Shown piece after piece: positions 48,461-57,713 of a stretch of DNA of 64,000 nt. The DNA is from Spirochaetia bacterium (GTDB lineage Bacteria; Spirochaetota; Spirochaetia; CAKZLE01): assembly GCA_963677595.1 (NCBI GenBank), contig OY782041.1:2976001-3040000 (forward strand). The letters run 5' to 3'. A program made the translations under genes and the position numbers. Position 1 is the first letter of the stretch. Every line of letters begins with the position of its first letter. Under the pieces are notes generated by a model. That model saw nothing but the letters and a program-made list of their open reading frames with translations, was not told the origin of the DNA and made no database searches.

Positions 48461-48535
48461 TCGGTGAAATGGGAAGTTTTCATTCGGTGAAATAGAAGAT
48501 TTATAATCGGTGAAATAGAAGATTTACAATCGGTG
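48461..48535. repeat. 23-bp tandem direct repeats, 3 copies plus a partial
   Basis: TCGGTGAAATGGGAAGTTTTCAT / TCGGTGAAATAGAAGATTTATAA / TCGGTGAAATAGAAGATTTACAA / TCGGTG starting at 48461, 48484, 48507, 48530. Confidence 0.9.
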
Positions 48536-48644
48536 TAAGGTTTTTTTCAAGGTTCATTGGATGGGTATGGGTCCACCGGAAAGTTTGGTATAATGATGTG
48601 TAGAACATGTGAACGAATATGTTAGTTGGGGATCAAGTGAGATT

Positions 48645-48995
48645 ATGATGGAAATTGAGAAGATCAGTGGTAACATCCTCTATTATCTGCAGCAGAAGGG
48701 GATGGCTCAGGTTGACCTGGCTAACGGGTTACATACCTCAACGCACGTCGTGAATAAGATGGTACACGGAAAGAAAGCCTTGAAGATACAGGAATTGGAC
48801 TCCATAGCTGCATGTCTTGGTATCTCACTGGATGAGCTCATAAACCGTGAGCATCACCATACCGAGGAGCGTTTGGAGGTAGCACAGCTGTCTGAAGCCA
48901 TTGGGAATCCTGAGACAGCTGCGTTCATCATGACATTGGTCAGTAACCTGTCCGAGATGGAAACGGAATTGGCTGCACATGGATTACGCATATAA
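48645..48995 (+). CDS. XRE/HTH_3 transcriptional regulator
   Basis: QVDLANGLHTSTHVVNKMVHGKK...IAACLGISLDEL; TGGTATAAT upstream. Confidence 0.8.
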   Translation: MMEIEKISGNILYYLQQKGMAQVDLANGLHTSTHVVNKMVHGKKALKIQELDSIAACLGISLDELINREHHHTEERLEVAQLSEAIGNPETAAFIMTLVSNLSEMETELAAHGLRI

Positions 48996-49071
48996 GGACC
49001 TGGGTGAGGATATCTTGACCTGGATACGGAAAGAGATCCCTTGATCAAGCGCAGTTGTGCTCAGATGCCTG

Positions 49072-49386
49072 TTATACGGGTTGCTGGTTCTTTGTTACCT
49101 CAATCAAGAGTTCACAATCCAGGGCACAGGAGAACAGCGCAAGGGTCTGTATGGTGAAGTTTCGTTTCTCATTGAGGATCTTTGAGACATACTGCCTGGA
49201 CCTTTCGATCCTCTTAGCGAGCTCGTTCTGGTTGACCCCGGACTCTTCCATGACCTGAAGGATCCTCTGGACCACATACCCGTTGTAGTAATCAGCGACG
49301 ATCTCGGCTGTCTTTCCCGGATCGATCAGTTCCCGGTCCGCAATGATCTCAAGCAATGTATCAGTTACAGCAGTATTGTAGTCCAT
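49072..49386 (-). CDS. XRE/HTH_3 protein (HigA-like), paralog of 39596-39946
   Basis: NQNELAKRIERSRQYVSKILNEKRNFTIQTL; GAGGAGG RBS. Confidence 0.82.
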   Translation of the reverse strand: MDYNTAVTDTLLEIIADRELIDPGKTAEIVADYYNGYVVQRILQVMEESGVNQNELAKRIERSRQYVSKILNEKRNFTIQTLALFSCALDCELLIEVTKNQQPV

Positions 49387-49453
49387 AGCCGCTGCCTCCT
49401 CATCTTCTTTGGGTTCCCGTGTGTAACAAGATGGTAGCTTGGGGAGGTGTGAA

Positions 49454-49473
49454 TGTCAACCTATAGGTTGACA
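49454..49473. promoter_or_regulatory. Perfect 20-bp palindrome overlapping the -35 of the XRE gene
   Basis: TGTCAACCTATAGGTTGACA; minus strand TTGACA-17-TACCAT. Confidence 0.75.
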
Positions 49474-49599
49474 GATTGGTTTGTTCATCAGAACAGCTTC
49501 CTGTACGAACGTATGGGGTTTGTTCAGGTTGTTATATGTTTTGCATGTCTGTTTTATTTTCCCGTAACATGGTAGTATGATTGTCATTGATAAGGAAAG

Positions 49600-50847
49600 A
49601 TGATTATGAGATTCAGAATAAAGAACTTTGGTCCAATCCAGGATGGATTCCCGCAAGATGAGTTTATGGATATTTCTGGAGTCACCCTGTTCATCGGGAG
49701 TCAGGGTGCGGGTAAGAGTACTGTAGCAAAAGCTTTATCAACGATGATATGGATCGAGAAGGCTCTCGTTCGAAAAGATTTCACCAGCAAGGAACTACAG
49801 CTGCCGGGCAGGTTCAAGGCTCACTTCGCATTTCATAAGATCAAGTCCTATTTCAATGCTGATTCTGAGATAGAGTATATAGGGTCGGTCTATAGAATTG
49901 CATACCTTGGTGAGGGAAACCTCGCCATCGAAAGACTTCATACACCCGAAGGGGATACTATACATATCCCTAAGATCATGTATGTCCCTTCTGAGAGGAA
50001 TTTCCTGAGTGTAGTACCTAAGCCCAGTATGGTGAATGACCTTCCCCCTTCTTTCGCAGTCTTCTTGGATGAATATGAGAAAGCAAAACGGGAGCTGACT
50101 GGTGAGATCGGACTTCCTGTAGCTGCTTCAGCCTTTTCCTATGATAAGCTCAATGACACCTCATGGGTCATACGAAAGGGGAATAAGACACGGCTTTCTG
50201 AGGCTTCCAGCGGGTATCAGTCGATTGTTCCTCTGTACCTGGTGAGCAGTTATCTGGCAAAGCAATTATCCCAAAAGAGGGATCAAGGCTATAAAGAAGA
50301 GTTGTTGGGTGATTATCAGCTTTCGAATGAGAACCTGGTTAAGCTTCGAAAAGAGATAAACCAACTGATCTCAAATACGAATATAGATAACAATGTTCTC
50401 ATCGCTATGCTGAACAATGCAGTCTCCACGTATCGACCCTCATATTTCATAAACATCGTCGAAGAACCGGAACAGAACTTATTTCCTGATTCACAACTCA
50501 GGATTTTCTTCGAACTGCTGTCTCATGTAAACTTGAACGATAAGAATATGTTGATTGTCACGACGCATAGCCCGTATCTGATCAATGCACTTTCTCTGGC
50601 TGTTGCTTGCCGAAATATTGATATTAACAAGCTTTCTGAGGATGAGAAAGTTGAATTGGGGACAATAGTTCCTTATGCATCATGGATCGATCCTGAAGCG
50701 TTCCTGATCTATAAGCTTGATAATGACGGGAATATATCCCTGTTGGAGAATTATGCAGGCTTGCCGTCTGATGAGAACTACCTGAATGAATTCCTGGGTG
50801 ATTTTAACGATTCATTCAGCCGCATCTTAGAACTTGGAGACAGGTAA
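49600..50847 (+). CDS. ABC-type ATPase (AAA_15/AAA_21-like, defence-associated type)
   Basis: IKNFGPI, GSQGAGKST, YVPSER, ASSG.QS, IVEEPEQNLFP, TTHSPY. Confidence 0.88.
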   Translation: MIMRFRIKNFGPIQDGFPQDEFMDISGVTLFIGSQGAGKSTVAKALSTMIWIEKALVRKDFTSKELQLPGRFKAHFAFHKIKSYFNADSEIEYIGSVYRIAYLGEGNLAIERLHTPEGDTIHIPKIMYVPSERNFLSVVPKPSMVNDLPPSFAVFLDEYEKAKRELTGEIGLPVAASAFSYDKLNDTSWVIRKGNKTRLSEASSGYQSIVPLYLVSSYLAKQLSQKRDQGYKEELLGDYQLSNENLVKLRKEINQLISNTNIDNNVLIAMLNNAVSTYRPSYFINIVEEPEQNLFPDSQLRIFFELLSHVNLNDKNMLIVTTHSPYLINALSLAVACRNIDINKLSEDEKVELGTIVPYASWIDPEAFLIYKLDNDGNISLLENYAGLPSDENYLNEFLGDFNDSFSRILELGDR

Positions 50848-51359
50848 TGGCAGGAATCAACTTCTTGGATTTTGCGTCTGATGACAATATTATTCATGAA
50901 AAAGAATTCGGCATCTGTGATGATGCTGATGAATCTCCATCGTATTACTCCACAAACCAGATCCGTGATCACTGGGTCGCGACTGTCTCGAATCCTGGGA
51001 CCAAGGCTATCCAGTTCTTGCCAGTTGATAAGCATATCCCCCTTAGACGCCTTGATGGAACAGATGCTAAACGCTGTGATGCGATGTTGTTATCTTTCCC
51101 CCACCATACGAAAGAATCAGTTGTGTTCATCGAGTTGAAAGAAGAGAGGACTTCGAATAACAAACGGGCTATCGAGCAGCTTGATGAGACGATAGCTATG
51201 TTCAAGGCATACCATCTGCTTGATGCATACAAGAAGCGTGTTGCATATGTCGTGAATAGGAGGCATCCGAAGGTTCATAATTCTACCCGTAAGGAGATCA
51301 TAGATTTCAGGACTAACCATAGAATCAGGCTTATATTCTCAGCGAATGTGATCTTCTGA
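50847..51359 (+). CDS. Hypothetical protein, probable PD-(D/E)XK nuclease partner
   Basis: TAATG coupling; RCDAML...VFIELKE...A..QL..T. Confidence 0.7.
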   Translation: MAGINFLDFASDDNIIHEKEFGICDDADESPSYYSTNQIRDHWVATVSNPGTKAIQFLPVDKHIPLRRLDGTDAKRCDAMLLSFPHHTKESVVFIELKEERTSNNKRAIEQLDETIAMFKAYHLLDAYKKRVAYVVNRRHPKVHNSTRKEIIDFRTNHRIRLIFSANVIF

Positions 51360-51399
51360 TAGTATCCCTATACAGAGGTCATTCAAACCGAGTCGTTGT

Positions 51400-52376
51400 T
51401 CAACCAAGTCCCTCCCACTCAGCGATGCGTTCCAGCATCTGCTGAGAAGAGATGTCCAGGATCTCAGCGGCCCGGGAGATCGATATCTTCTCACCTTCCA
51501 CGGCCTGACGGACCAGGCGGATCAACCTGTCAGCCGAGAAATCGAAGGGTCTCAATCCGAAGGGTTCAGAGCCTTTCGGGCAGGGTTCCTCTTTGTAGGA
51601 CAGTTTCTTGTGGTATCGGGTTTCATAGAGCTGTCCGAAGTGATACCAGATCGTGTCATTGACTATCTCTTTCTGTTTCAGGCGATACAGGACAGTCTTA
51701 TAGCTGACTTTGAAGATGCCCTTTATCTTCATGACCCGGTTGACAAATGGCATGCCGGCACTGCTTTCCCATTCGGAATCAAACCCCTGGCCGGGCATGA
51801 GGAAGTATCCGGCGAACAGGTCAGCTTCCTGTTCCTGTGAGGTGTCCTCTGCGGTCTGGCTGCCGTCGTAATCTACAGAGTGCATCAAAAGATGGCCGAG
51901 CTCATGGGCAGCACTGAAGATCTGCCGTTCAGTAGTGATCCGCTCCCAGCTGTTGATGATGATAGCCGGACCTTTGTCTCCCTCACCGACTGACAGCCCG
52001 TTGAAGGCATCAGAAGCATAGGGAAGGGCAAGGACTTTGATTCCGCAGCTTTCCAGCAGGCCGCAGATGTCATGGATGGGTTCATTGAGTTTCAGGCCAA
52101 GCATCTTTCGTGCTTCTCCTGCTACCTGCAGAGGGGTAAGCTGTTTGGAGTCTGCTGCAAGACAGTGCAGCTTGAATTCCTCGGTCTCTTCCATCAGGCT
52201 TTCAAGAGACGAAAAATCAGACAGCCACCTGAAGACCTGAGCCAGTATCTGGTCTCGCCTGGTCAACCTGCTTCGTGCCCGGAATCGCACATGAGCAAGT
52301 TCCCCAACAGGTCTCACCAGATCCTGCAGCCTGCAGTCCAGGGCTTTGCTGATTGCCAGCAGGGTATTGGTCCTAG
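51400..52376 (-). pseudogene. XRE-HTH/ImmA-IrrE metallopeptidase, 5'-truncated by IS1182
   Basis: AHELGH (HExxH) and EQEADLFAG..L; native sequence starts mid-HTH (PRTNTLLAISKAL) at the IS CTAG. Confidence 0.8.
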
Positions 52377-52530
52377 GAGTCTGTCGGAGTTGATGACCTA
52401 ACATTCTGGTCATTCTCTCCGGCAGGACCCGATTTATTAGAGTTTGTCGTAATTGACAAACATTACCTACATAATCGCCTCATATTGGCTTGATTACAGC
52501 AGGAAAGAGGGTATCCCCCTCCTGTTCCTA

Positions 52531-53892
52531 TCATCTCAACGCATGTAATCGCTTCAGATTATACGCTATGCAGACAAGATCCCATTCTCCTTGGACTGAC
52601 TCAAACCCTCGAAGAAGAAACTGGCGATATCCCATAACTGCCTTGATGATCCCAAATACCGTTTCAACGGTACTTTTCCGTTTCGCATATACTGCTCGAC
52701 CGGCATCAGTCTGTAACCGATACTTCATCTGTTCCACCGCATCAGCATCCTCAGGCGGTTTCTCAAGAGGTTCTCCGCTAAGGCGCTTTTTCAGCCACTG
52801 ATTATGCTTCTCCCGATGCGTACTGATATACGGAACTATGGCCTCCTGCTCACAGAGCTCTACATTCGTTGTACTGAAATACCCGGTATCTGCAAGCAGG
52901 CCTTCCACGGCTCCCATATCTTCAGGAAGTTTCTTCAGTTCTTCCACTGCAGGGGCTACTTCCTGTTTATCATTCGTGTTCTGACTTACGTGCTCTCCTA
53001 CGATCAGCATCGTTTCTACATCAACACTCGCCTGTCCGTTATATCCCTGTTCAAATCCTCCGCTTGAACAGGGCATGATGCGGGACTCCGCATCGGTAAG
53101 GTTAACCTGGTCCTGATCGCGTGGCCCCGGTGTAGGCGGTTTTGGACCCTTTCCCCCTGGCTTTTTCCCGCTTGCTTCTTCCTTCGATTTACGCTTTGCC
53201 AACTTGTTCTCGTATTCAGCGACTTCCTGCTTATACCGTTCTTCGGCCCGTCGCTCTATTTCTGCTTTTGCTACAGCTATCGCTGTCATTCGAGCTTCTC
53301 GCCTTTCCAACTCCGCCGGGATGTCAATCCCATCTGGCATCTCACGTCCCTCGGCTTCCTCGGCCATTCGCATTAATGCTTCAACTTCTGCCTGCAACTG
53401 TCGTTCTAATTCACTCGCATATTTATAACTCAACGCCCGGTGTTTTGATGCATTCGCTTTGATCTTAGTCCCATCAAGGCTCACCTTACCAAGTTTCAAA
53501 CATCCCATCTCTTGGGCTATCTGCAGTACCTGCACAAAGACACTCTGCAACTCATTGATGAACCGTTTGCGAAACGTCGCTATCGTATCATGATCCGGGT
53601 GCGTGTCTCCTGCAATATACCGAAACGCCACTGAATCATAGGTCGCCTGCTCCAATTTCCGGCTCGAGAAGACCCCGGTTGCATACCCATAGATAAGCAA
53701 TCCCAACAGCACCTCGGGTGAATGCGCTTTCTCTCCCCGTCCGGCATACACGTTCTCTATCGCTCGCAGATCAAGTGATCCCACTATCTCCACGACAAAT
53801 CGGGCCAGATGCCCTTCAGGCAGCCAATCATTGATTGAGGGGGGCAGAAAGTACGGAGTCTCTCGATCTATGAATTTGAATTTCTGGGTCAT
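52531..53892 (-). CDS. IS1182-family transposase
   Basis: LPEGHLARF, SSRKLE, PDHDTIATFR, DGTKIKANAS, TDAESRIM, ADTGY, Y..RKSTVE.VFG.IK, AYNLKR. Confidence 0.95.
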   Translation of the reverse strand: MTQKFKFIDRETPYFLPPSINDWLPEGHLARFVVEIVGSLDLRAIENVYAGRGEKAHSPEVLLGLLIYGYATGVFSSRKLEQATYDSVAFRYIAGDTHPDHDTIATFRKRFINELQSVFVQVLQIAQEMGCLKLGKVSLDGTKIKANASKHRALSYKYASELERQLQAEVEALMRMAEEAEGREMPDGIDIPAELERREARMTAIAVAKAEIERRAEERYKQEVAEYENKLAKRKSKEEASGKKPGGKGPKPPTPGPRDQDQVNLTDAESRIMPCSSGGFEQGYNGQASVDVETMLIVGEHVSQNTNDKQEVAPAVEELKKLPEDMGAVEGLLADTGYFSTTNVELCEQEAIVPYISTHREKHNQWLKKRLSGEPLEKPPEDADAVEQMKYRLQTDAGRAVYAKRKSTVETVFGIIKAVMGYRQFLLRGFESVQGEWDLVCIAYNLKRLHALR

Positions 53893-53919
53893 CCACTACA
53901 CCTTGTTGCGTTATTTTTT

Positions 53920-55552
53920 GGGTCTGAAATTTTTAACGTGTAAAAAGTAGAAAAAGAGAGCGGAAACTCCTATGATTTGTAATCGCAAAACAACAGATCA
54001 AGGAGAACCGCTCTCATGCAGGAAGATAACACGTATTTGCTGGAGGAGTCCACTGGGTGGATGGTTGACTGGAGCCATCCAAGGTACGAAATTTGCCTCG
54101 ATGAAAGAAATGGAATATCCTACGGAAAGATTACCTATTCTGTAACGAAGGATCCTGACAAAGACTGGAAGAGTGAATTACCAGAAGGCCAATGGTACAA
54201 GCACAGCAATGAGGTTACGGTGCTGAAGCACTGCAGCTCAGGAATCACTCTGATATGCTTCGAAGTCTATTACGAGAGTTATGTGAACAAGTATGGACGG
54301 AGACGCCGAACGGACGTCCTTCCCTTTCGAAGCGGAAAGACCGGTTATACACTTCATTTTCGTGATAATATCTCCTATTTCATGACAGGCTACGGAATGA
54401 CAATCAGCCGATGTGCGCTCATCTGCCACACCACGCCAGCCATCGTCAAAGAGGTGAATAAGACTCGCTTATTCAGCCTTGCAGGTAATATGAAACCCAG
54501 CCCATACCTTTGTGTAGACGAATTTCTCATCGAGCATGGGCATCGCTACTGTACCATAGTCATAGATGCCCAAAGTGGAGAACTCCTGTATCTTGAGAAA
54601 GGTAAGAAGAAGCAACAGCTGGAACATTTCTTCACATGGGTGGGAGAGGACTTCATGAACCATGTGAAGGCGATCTCGATGGATATGAGCACCAACTACA
54701 GCGCCGCGGTTAAGGAGTCATTCCCCCACATCAAGATAGTCTACGACACCTTTCATATCGTACAATGGTTCAATAAACAGGTCATTGATGCAGCCAGAAG
54801 AACGGAAGGGAACAGGCTGAAAAAGCTGGCTGAGAAACTGCAGCACGAGAGCAGATTGGAAGAGGCTACACTGGTGCTTGAAGAGAGAAAACTACTCTTC
54901 GGTTCACGTTTTCTACTTCTCGCTAACACACGGACACTCAAAGCGAAGGATAAGCTGAATGCAGAACTTAACGCTGAGGCGAAGAGAACCGCAAAGGAAG
55001 AGGGTCGGGATGCAGACCGAGTTGGGCACCGTAGAACGAATAATTCAGATTCACGCGACGCCATTCTTAAGGCGAATGCGAATCTTCAGAATGCCGTGAA
55101 GGCTCGTGAGGAACTGATTGAGATACTCTCCATCCCGAATCCTGAGCATATGAGGGAAAAGCTTACCACATGGGTGAAACTTTATTCATCCGTCGGCATC
55201 AGCCAGTTGACTAGATTCCCAGGACGATTACCAACAGGATGGAGGGTATCGTTTCAAGAGCTCTCGCTCCAATCAGTTCAGGGAAGATTGAAGGTGTGAA
55301 CGGCTTCATCAAGGCTATGCGTAGAAGTGCATTCGGATACCAGGATTTCGATTACTTTGCACTGCTCATCTGGGAACAGACTCACCGAAAGAAGAGGCAG
55401 AATCGCTTAAACCAGAAAAGGAAAACAAGAAGCTATTCAAGGGCAAGGCCTTATAACAGAAAACGCCTAAAACAGACAGTGTTCCAGCTGCCAAAGCCTC
55501 CTCTCAAGGATGTCGTATAGATGATGGATTACACGTTAAAAATTTCAGACCC
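53920..55552 (+). mobile_element. ISL3-family element nested in IS1182
   Basis: Perfect 24-bp terminal IRs GGGTCTGAAATTTTTAACGTGTAA; 8-bp target duplication TATTTTTT at 53912-53919 and 55553-55560. Confidence 0.93.
54016..55520 (+). pseudogene. ISL3 transposase with a frameshift near 55219
   Basis: VDEF...GH.Y.T, SMDM, YD.FH in ORF1; SSGKIEGVN..IK...R.AFG in the overlapping frame 55239-55520. Confidence 0.85.
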
Positions 55553-55606
55553 TATTTTTTCACCCTTCCATCCTATCATATTTTTCGTTTTAAGTCCGAC
55601 AGCCTC

Positions 55607-55894
55607 CTAGACCATGCCGTGGTAAAGACCGATACAGGCTTGACCATCTTCCTGCTGAACCGGAGCGATACCCAGACCATAGAAGCATCACTAGCATACC
55701 CGGCCGGACTAACCGAAAGCGATGCCGTAATCCTCATCTCGGATGATCCGCTCAAGCGCAACAGCTTCACCGAACCGGAAGCGGTAACACCAAAGCAGTT
55801 CTCAGGCTACACCATAGATAATCAGGCACAGGGAAGTACCGTTACTGTGACTATACCCCCCATGTCGTTGGTACGGGTAGGGGTGAGGTGGTAA
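55607..55894 (+). pseudogene. 3' fragment of a GH51 alpha-L-arabinofuranosidase-like gene
   Basis: LDHAVVKTDTGLTIFLLNRS...NSFTEPEAVTP...IPPMSL, beginning exactly at the IS CTAG. Confidence 0.7.
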
Positions 55895-56341
55895 CCGATC
55901 ACCAGATGGGCTTGTGACGTCTGCTCCGTGTGACTTCAACCAGTGAGAAAAAGTCTATATGCAGGAAGATGTCACCAGCAATAATCTTTACCTCATTGAA
56001 CATCGTAACAGTCTACTTGGGAGTCCCATGGCGGTTAGGGGGCTCCTGAATCTCTTTGCCCATTCATGCACACAGTACATAGTTCCTTCCCGGGTATCTC
56101 GATCTATTCATGAAATCTCCAAGATCCCAATAACCAAAAATACATAACCATCATCCGACTCCAATACCCCTACACATAGAAGAGGTTGGGGAAGGTGGTA
56201 GTGGGCCTTTATGCTTTGGGGAGTTGCTGCCTGTGGGGCATGGATTGTTTCCTGTGTGGTTCCAGTGTTTATGTTGACACATGGAAGTTGTTGTTGTATA
56301 TTTAAAACAGGTAAAAATACTACGTAAAACAGGAATAAAAT

Positions 56342-57637
56342 ATGATTCAGGAATTTTATGTTGAGAATTACCAGTCAATAAAGGGACGTCAGGGCATCAG
56401 TTTTGTTCCTAACAGGAAGATGAGTACCGGGAGTGAAGAGTATCTGCTGATCCGGGTCTCTGAGCATGTACAGCTGCTCAAGCTAGGTATCCTCTATGGG
56501 TATAATGCATCTGGGAAGTCCAACCTCCTGGAAGCTATGGATTTCCTCAGGACACTGGTTGTGGACGGGGCCGAAGCCAAGGATGAGAAGACTGGCTTCG
56601 AGCCGTTTCTCTTGTCTCCTGAAACGCTGGAAGTCCCTGGCTCGTTTCAGCTGGTGTTCTACATAGATGCAGTGAAATATGAGTACTCAGTCTCCCTGAA
56701 TGGGCAGAGGATCCTCTCTGAGAGCCTGTACTTTACTCCTGACGTGAGAAAGGCAAGACTGTATACGCGAGTGTATGACGAAGACCTGAGAGTCTCAAGA
56801 TTGAGTTTCGGTACCAGCTGCGGGTTCAAGTCCAGGGATAGGCTGCTGCTTGAGGGGAATACCTTGGAGAACTGTACCGTCCTGTCTGCGTACAGGAAGA
56901 CGAATGTCAATTCACTGGAGCTCGACAAGGTATTCAGCTATTTCAGGGACCACATCTCCCCGATCATAACCCCCAGGGTCCTGCTGCGGGAATGGAGCGT
57001 TGACCGACTGATACAGGATGACCGACATAAGGATTTTCTGCTGAGACTGCTGGTAAAGGCAGATTTCCAGATCTCCGGCCTTGATATCATCGAGGATTCC
57101 TTTGATGTTACTGCTGAACTCCTTGATGACCTGAAAGGCAAGGGGGCCCCTGCCGTATTGCTTGAGGACTTGAAGCAGAAAAAGACAGTTGAGAACCGCG
57201 AACTTGTTTTCTCCCATACCACAACCCAAGGTGAATACAATCTTCCGTTTGAGAAGGAATCACAGGGAACCCTCAGGTATTTTGGACTTGGCGGGATACT
57301 CAATGAGATGATCACATCCAGGAAGTTCATCTTCATCGATGAGATAGAGACCTCTTTGCATCCTGACCTCGTATCTTTCTTCATGCAGCAGTTCCTCATG
57401 AATACGACAGGATCACAGCTGTTCGTGACCACGCATAACCAGTTTCTCATGGAGCAGGATTATATCCGCAACGATATGCTGTGGCTTTGTGAGAAGGATG
57501 AAGAAGGTCAGTCAACGTATTACAGCGTCCAGGATTTCAGGTTGCATAAGAATGTCTCGGTGATGAATCATTACCGGGCCGGGAAGCTGGGAGCATCGCC
57601 CCAGCTTGGTAGCCCTGTCCTCGGGGAGGGATACTGA
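56342..57637 (+). CDS. RloA-like AAA_21 ATPase
   Basis: VENYQSIK, GYNASGKSN, ESQGT, IDEIETSLHP, TTH, RND.LW..EK, Y..GKLGA.P. Confidence 0.9.
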   Translation: MIQEFYVENYQSIKGRQGISFVPNRKMSTGSEEYLLIRVSEHVQLLKLGILYGYNASGKSNLLEAMDFLRTLVVDGAEAKDEKTGFEPFLLSPETLEVPGSFQLVFYIDAVKYEYSVSLNGQRILSESLYFTPDVRKARLYTRVYDEDLRVSRLSFGTSCGFKSRDRLLLEGNTLENCTVLSAYRKTNVNSLELDKVFSYFRDHISPIITPRVLLREWSVDRLIQDDRHKDFLLRLLVKADFQISGLDIIEDSFDVTAELLDDLKGKGAPAVLLEDLKQKKTVENRELVFSHTTTQGEYNLPFEKESQGTLRYFGLGGILNEMITSRKFIFIDEIETSLHPDLVSFFMQQFLMNTTGSQLFVTTHNQFLMEQDYIRNDMLWLCEKDEEGQSTYYSVQDFRLHKNVSVMNHYRAGKLGASPQLGSPVLGEGY

Positions 57638-57641
57638 CGCT

Positions 57642-57713
57642 TTGAGACGACCAGTACAGCATGAGCGATTCTCCATAGCTATAGTGGGAGAGGGCCTGAC
57701 AGGATGGGGATAG
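57642..57713 (+). pseudogene. 23-codon stub of an RloB-like gene
   Basis: TTG 4 nt after the ATPase stop; LRRPVQHERFSIAIVGEGLT matches the RloB/TOPRIM N-terminal EG motif, then stop. Confidence 0.6.

Larger units (their letters stand above)
52373..55610 (-). mobile_element. IS1182-family element (about 1.6 kb without the nested ISL3)
   Basis: Ends CTAGGAGTCTGTCGGAGTT (52373-52391) and AAGTCCGACAGCCTCCTAG (55592-55610), 17/19 inverted match, each with CTAG. Confidence 0.88.

Noticed and set aside
48461-48535. 23-bp repeats as a CRISPR array
   Set aside because: Units are contiguous with no unique spacers, and no cas gene is in the window
49600-51359. Retron- or Septu-type assignment
   Set aside because: No reverse transcriptase or msr/msd nearby, and the partner lacks HNH/CxxC motifs
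55200-55300. Programmed frameshift in the ISL3 transposase
   Set aside because: No slippery heptamer, and ISL3 transposases are normally single ORFs
55895-56270. Short ORFs in this spacer
   Set aside because: No RBS or recognisable motif; possibly decayed sequence but unassignable
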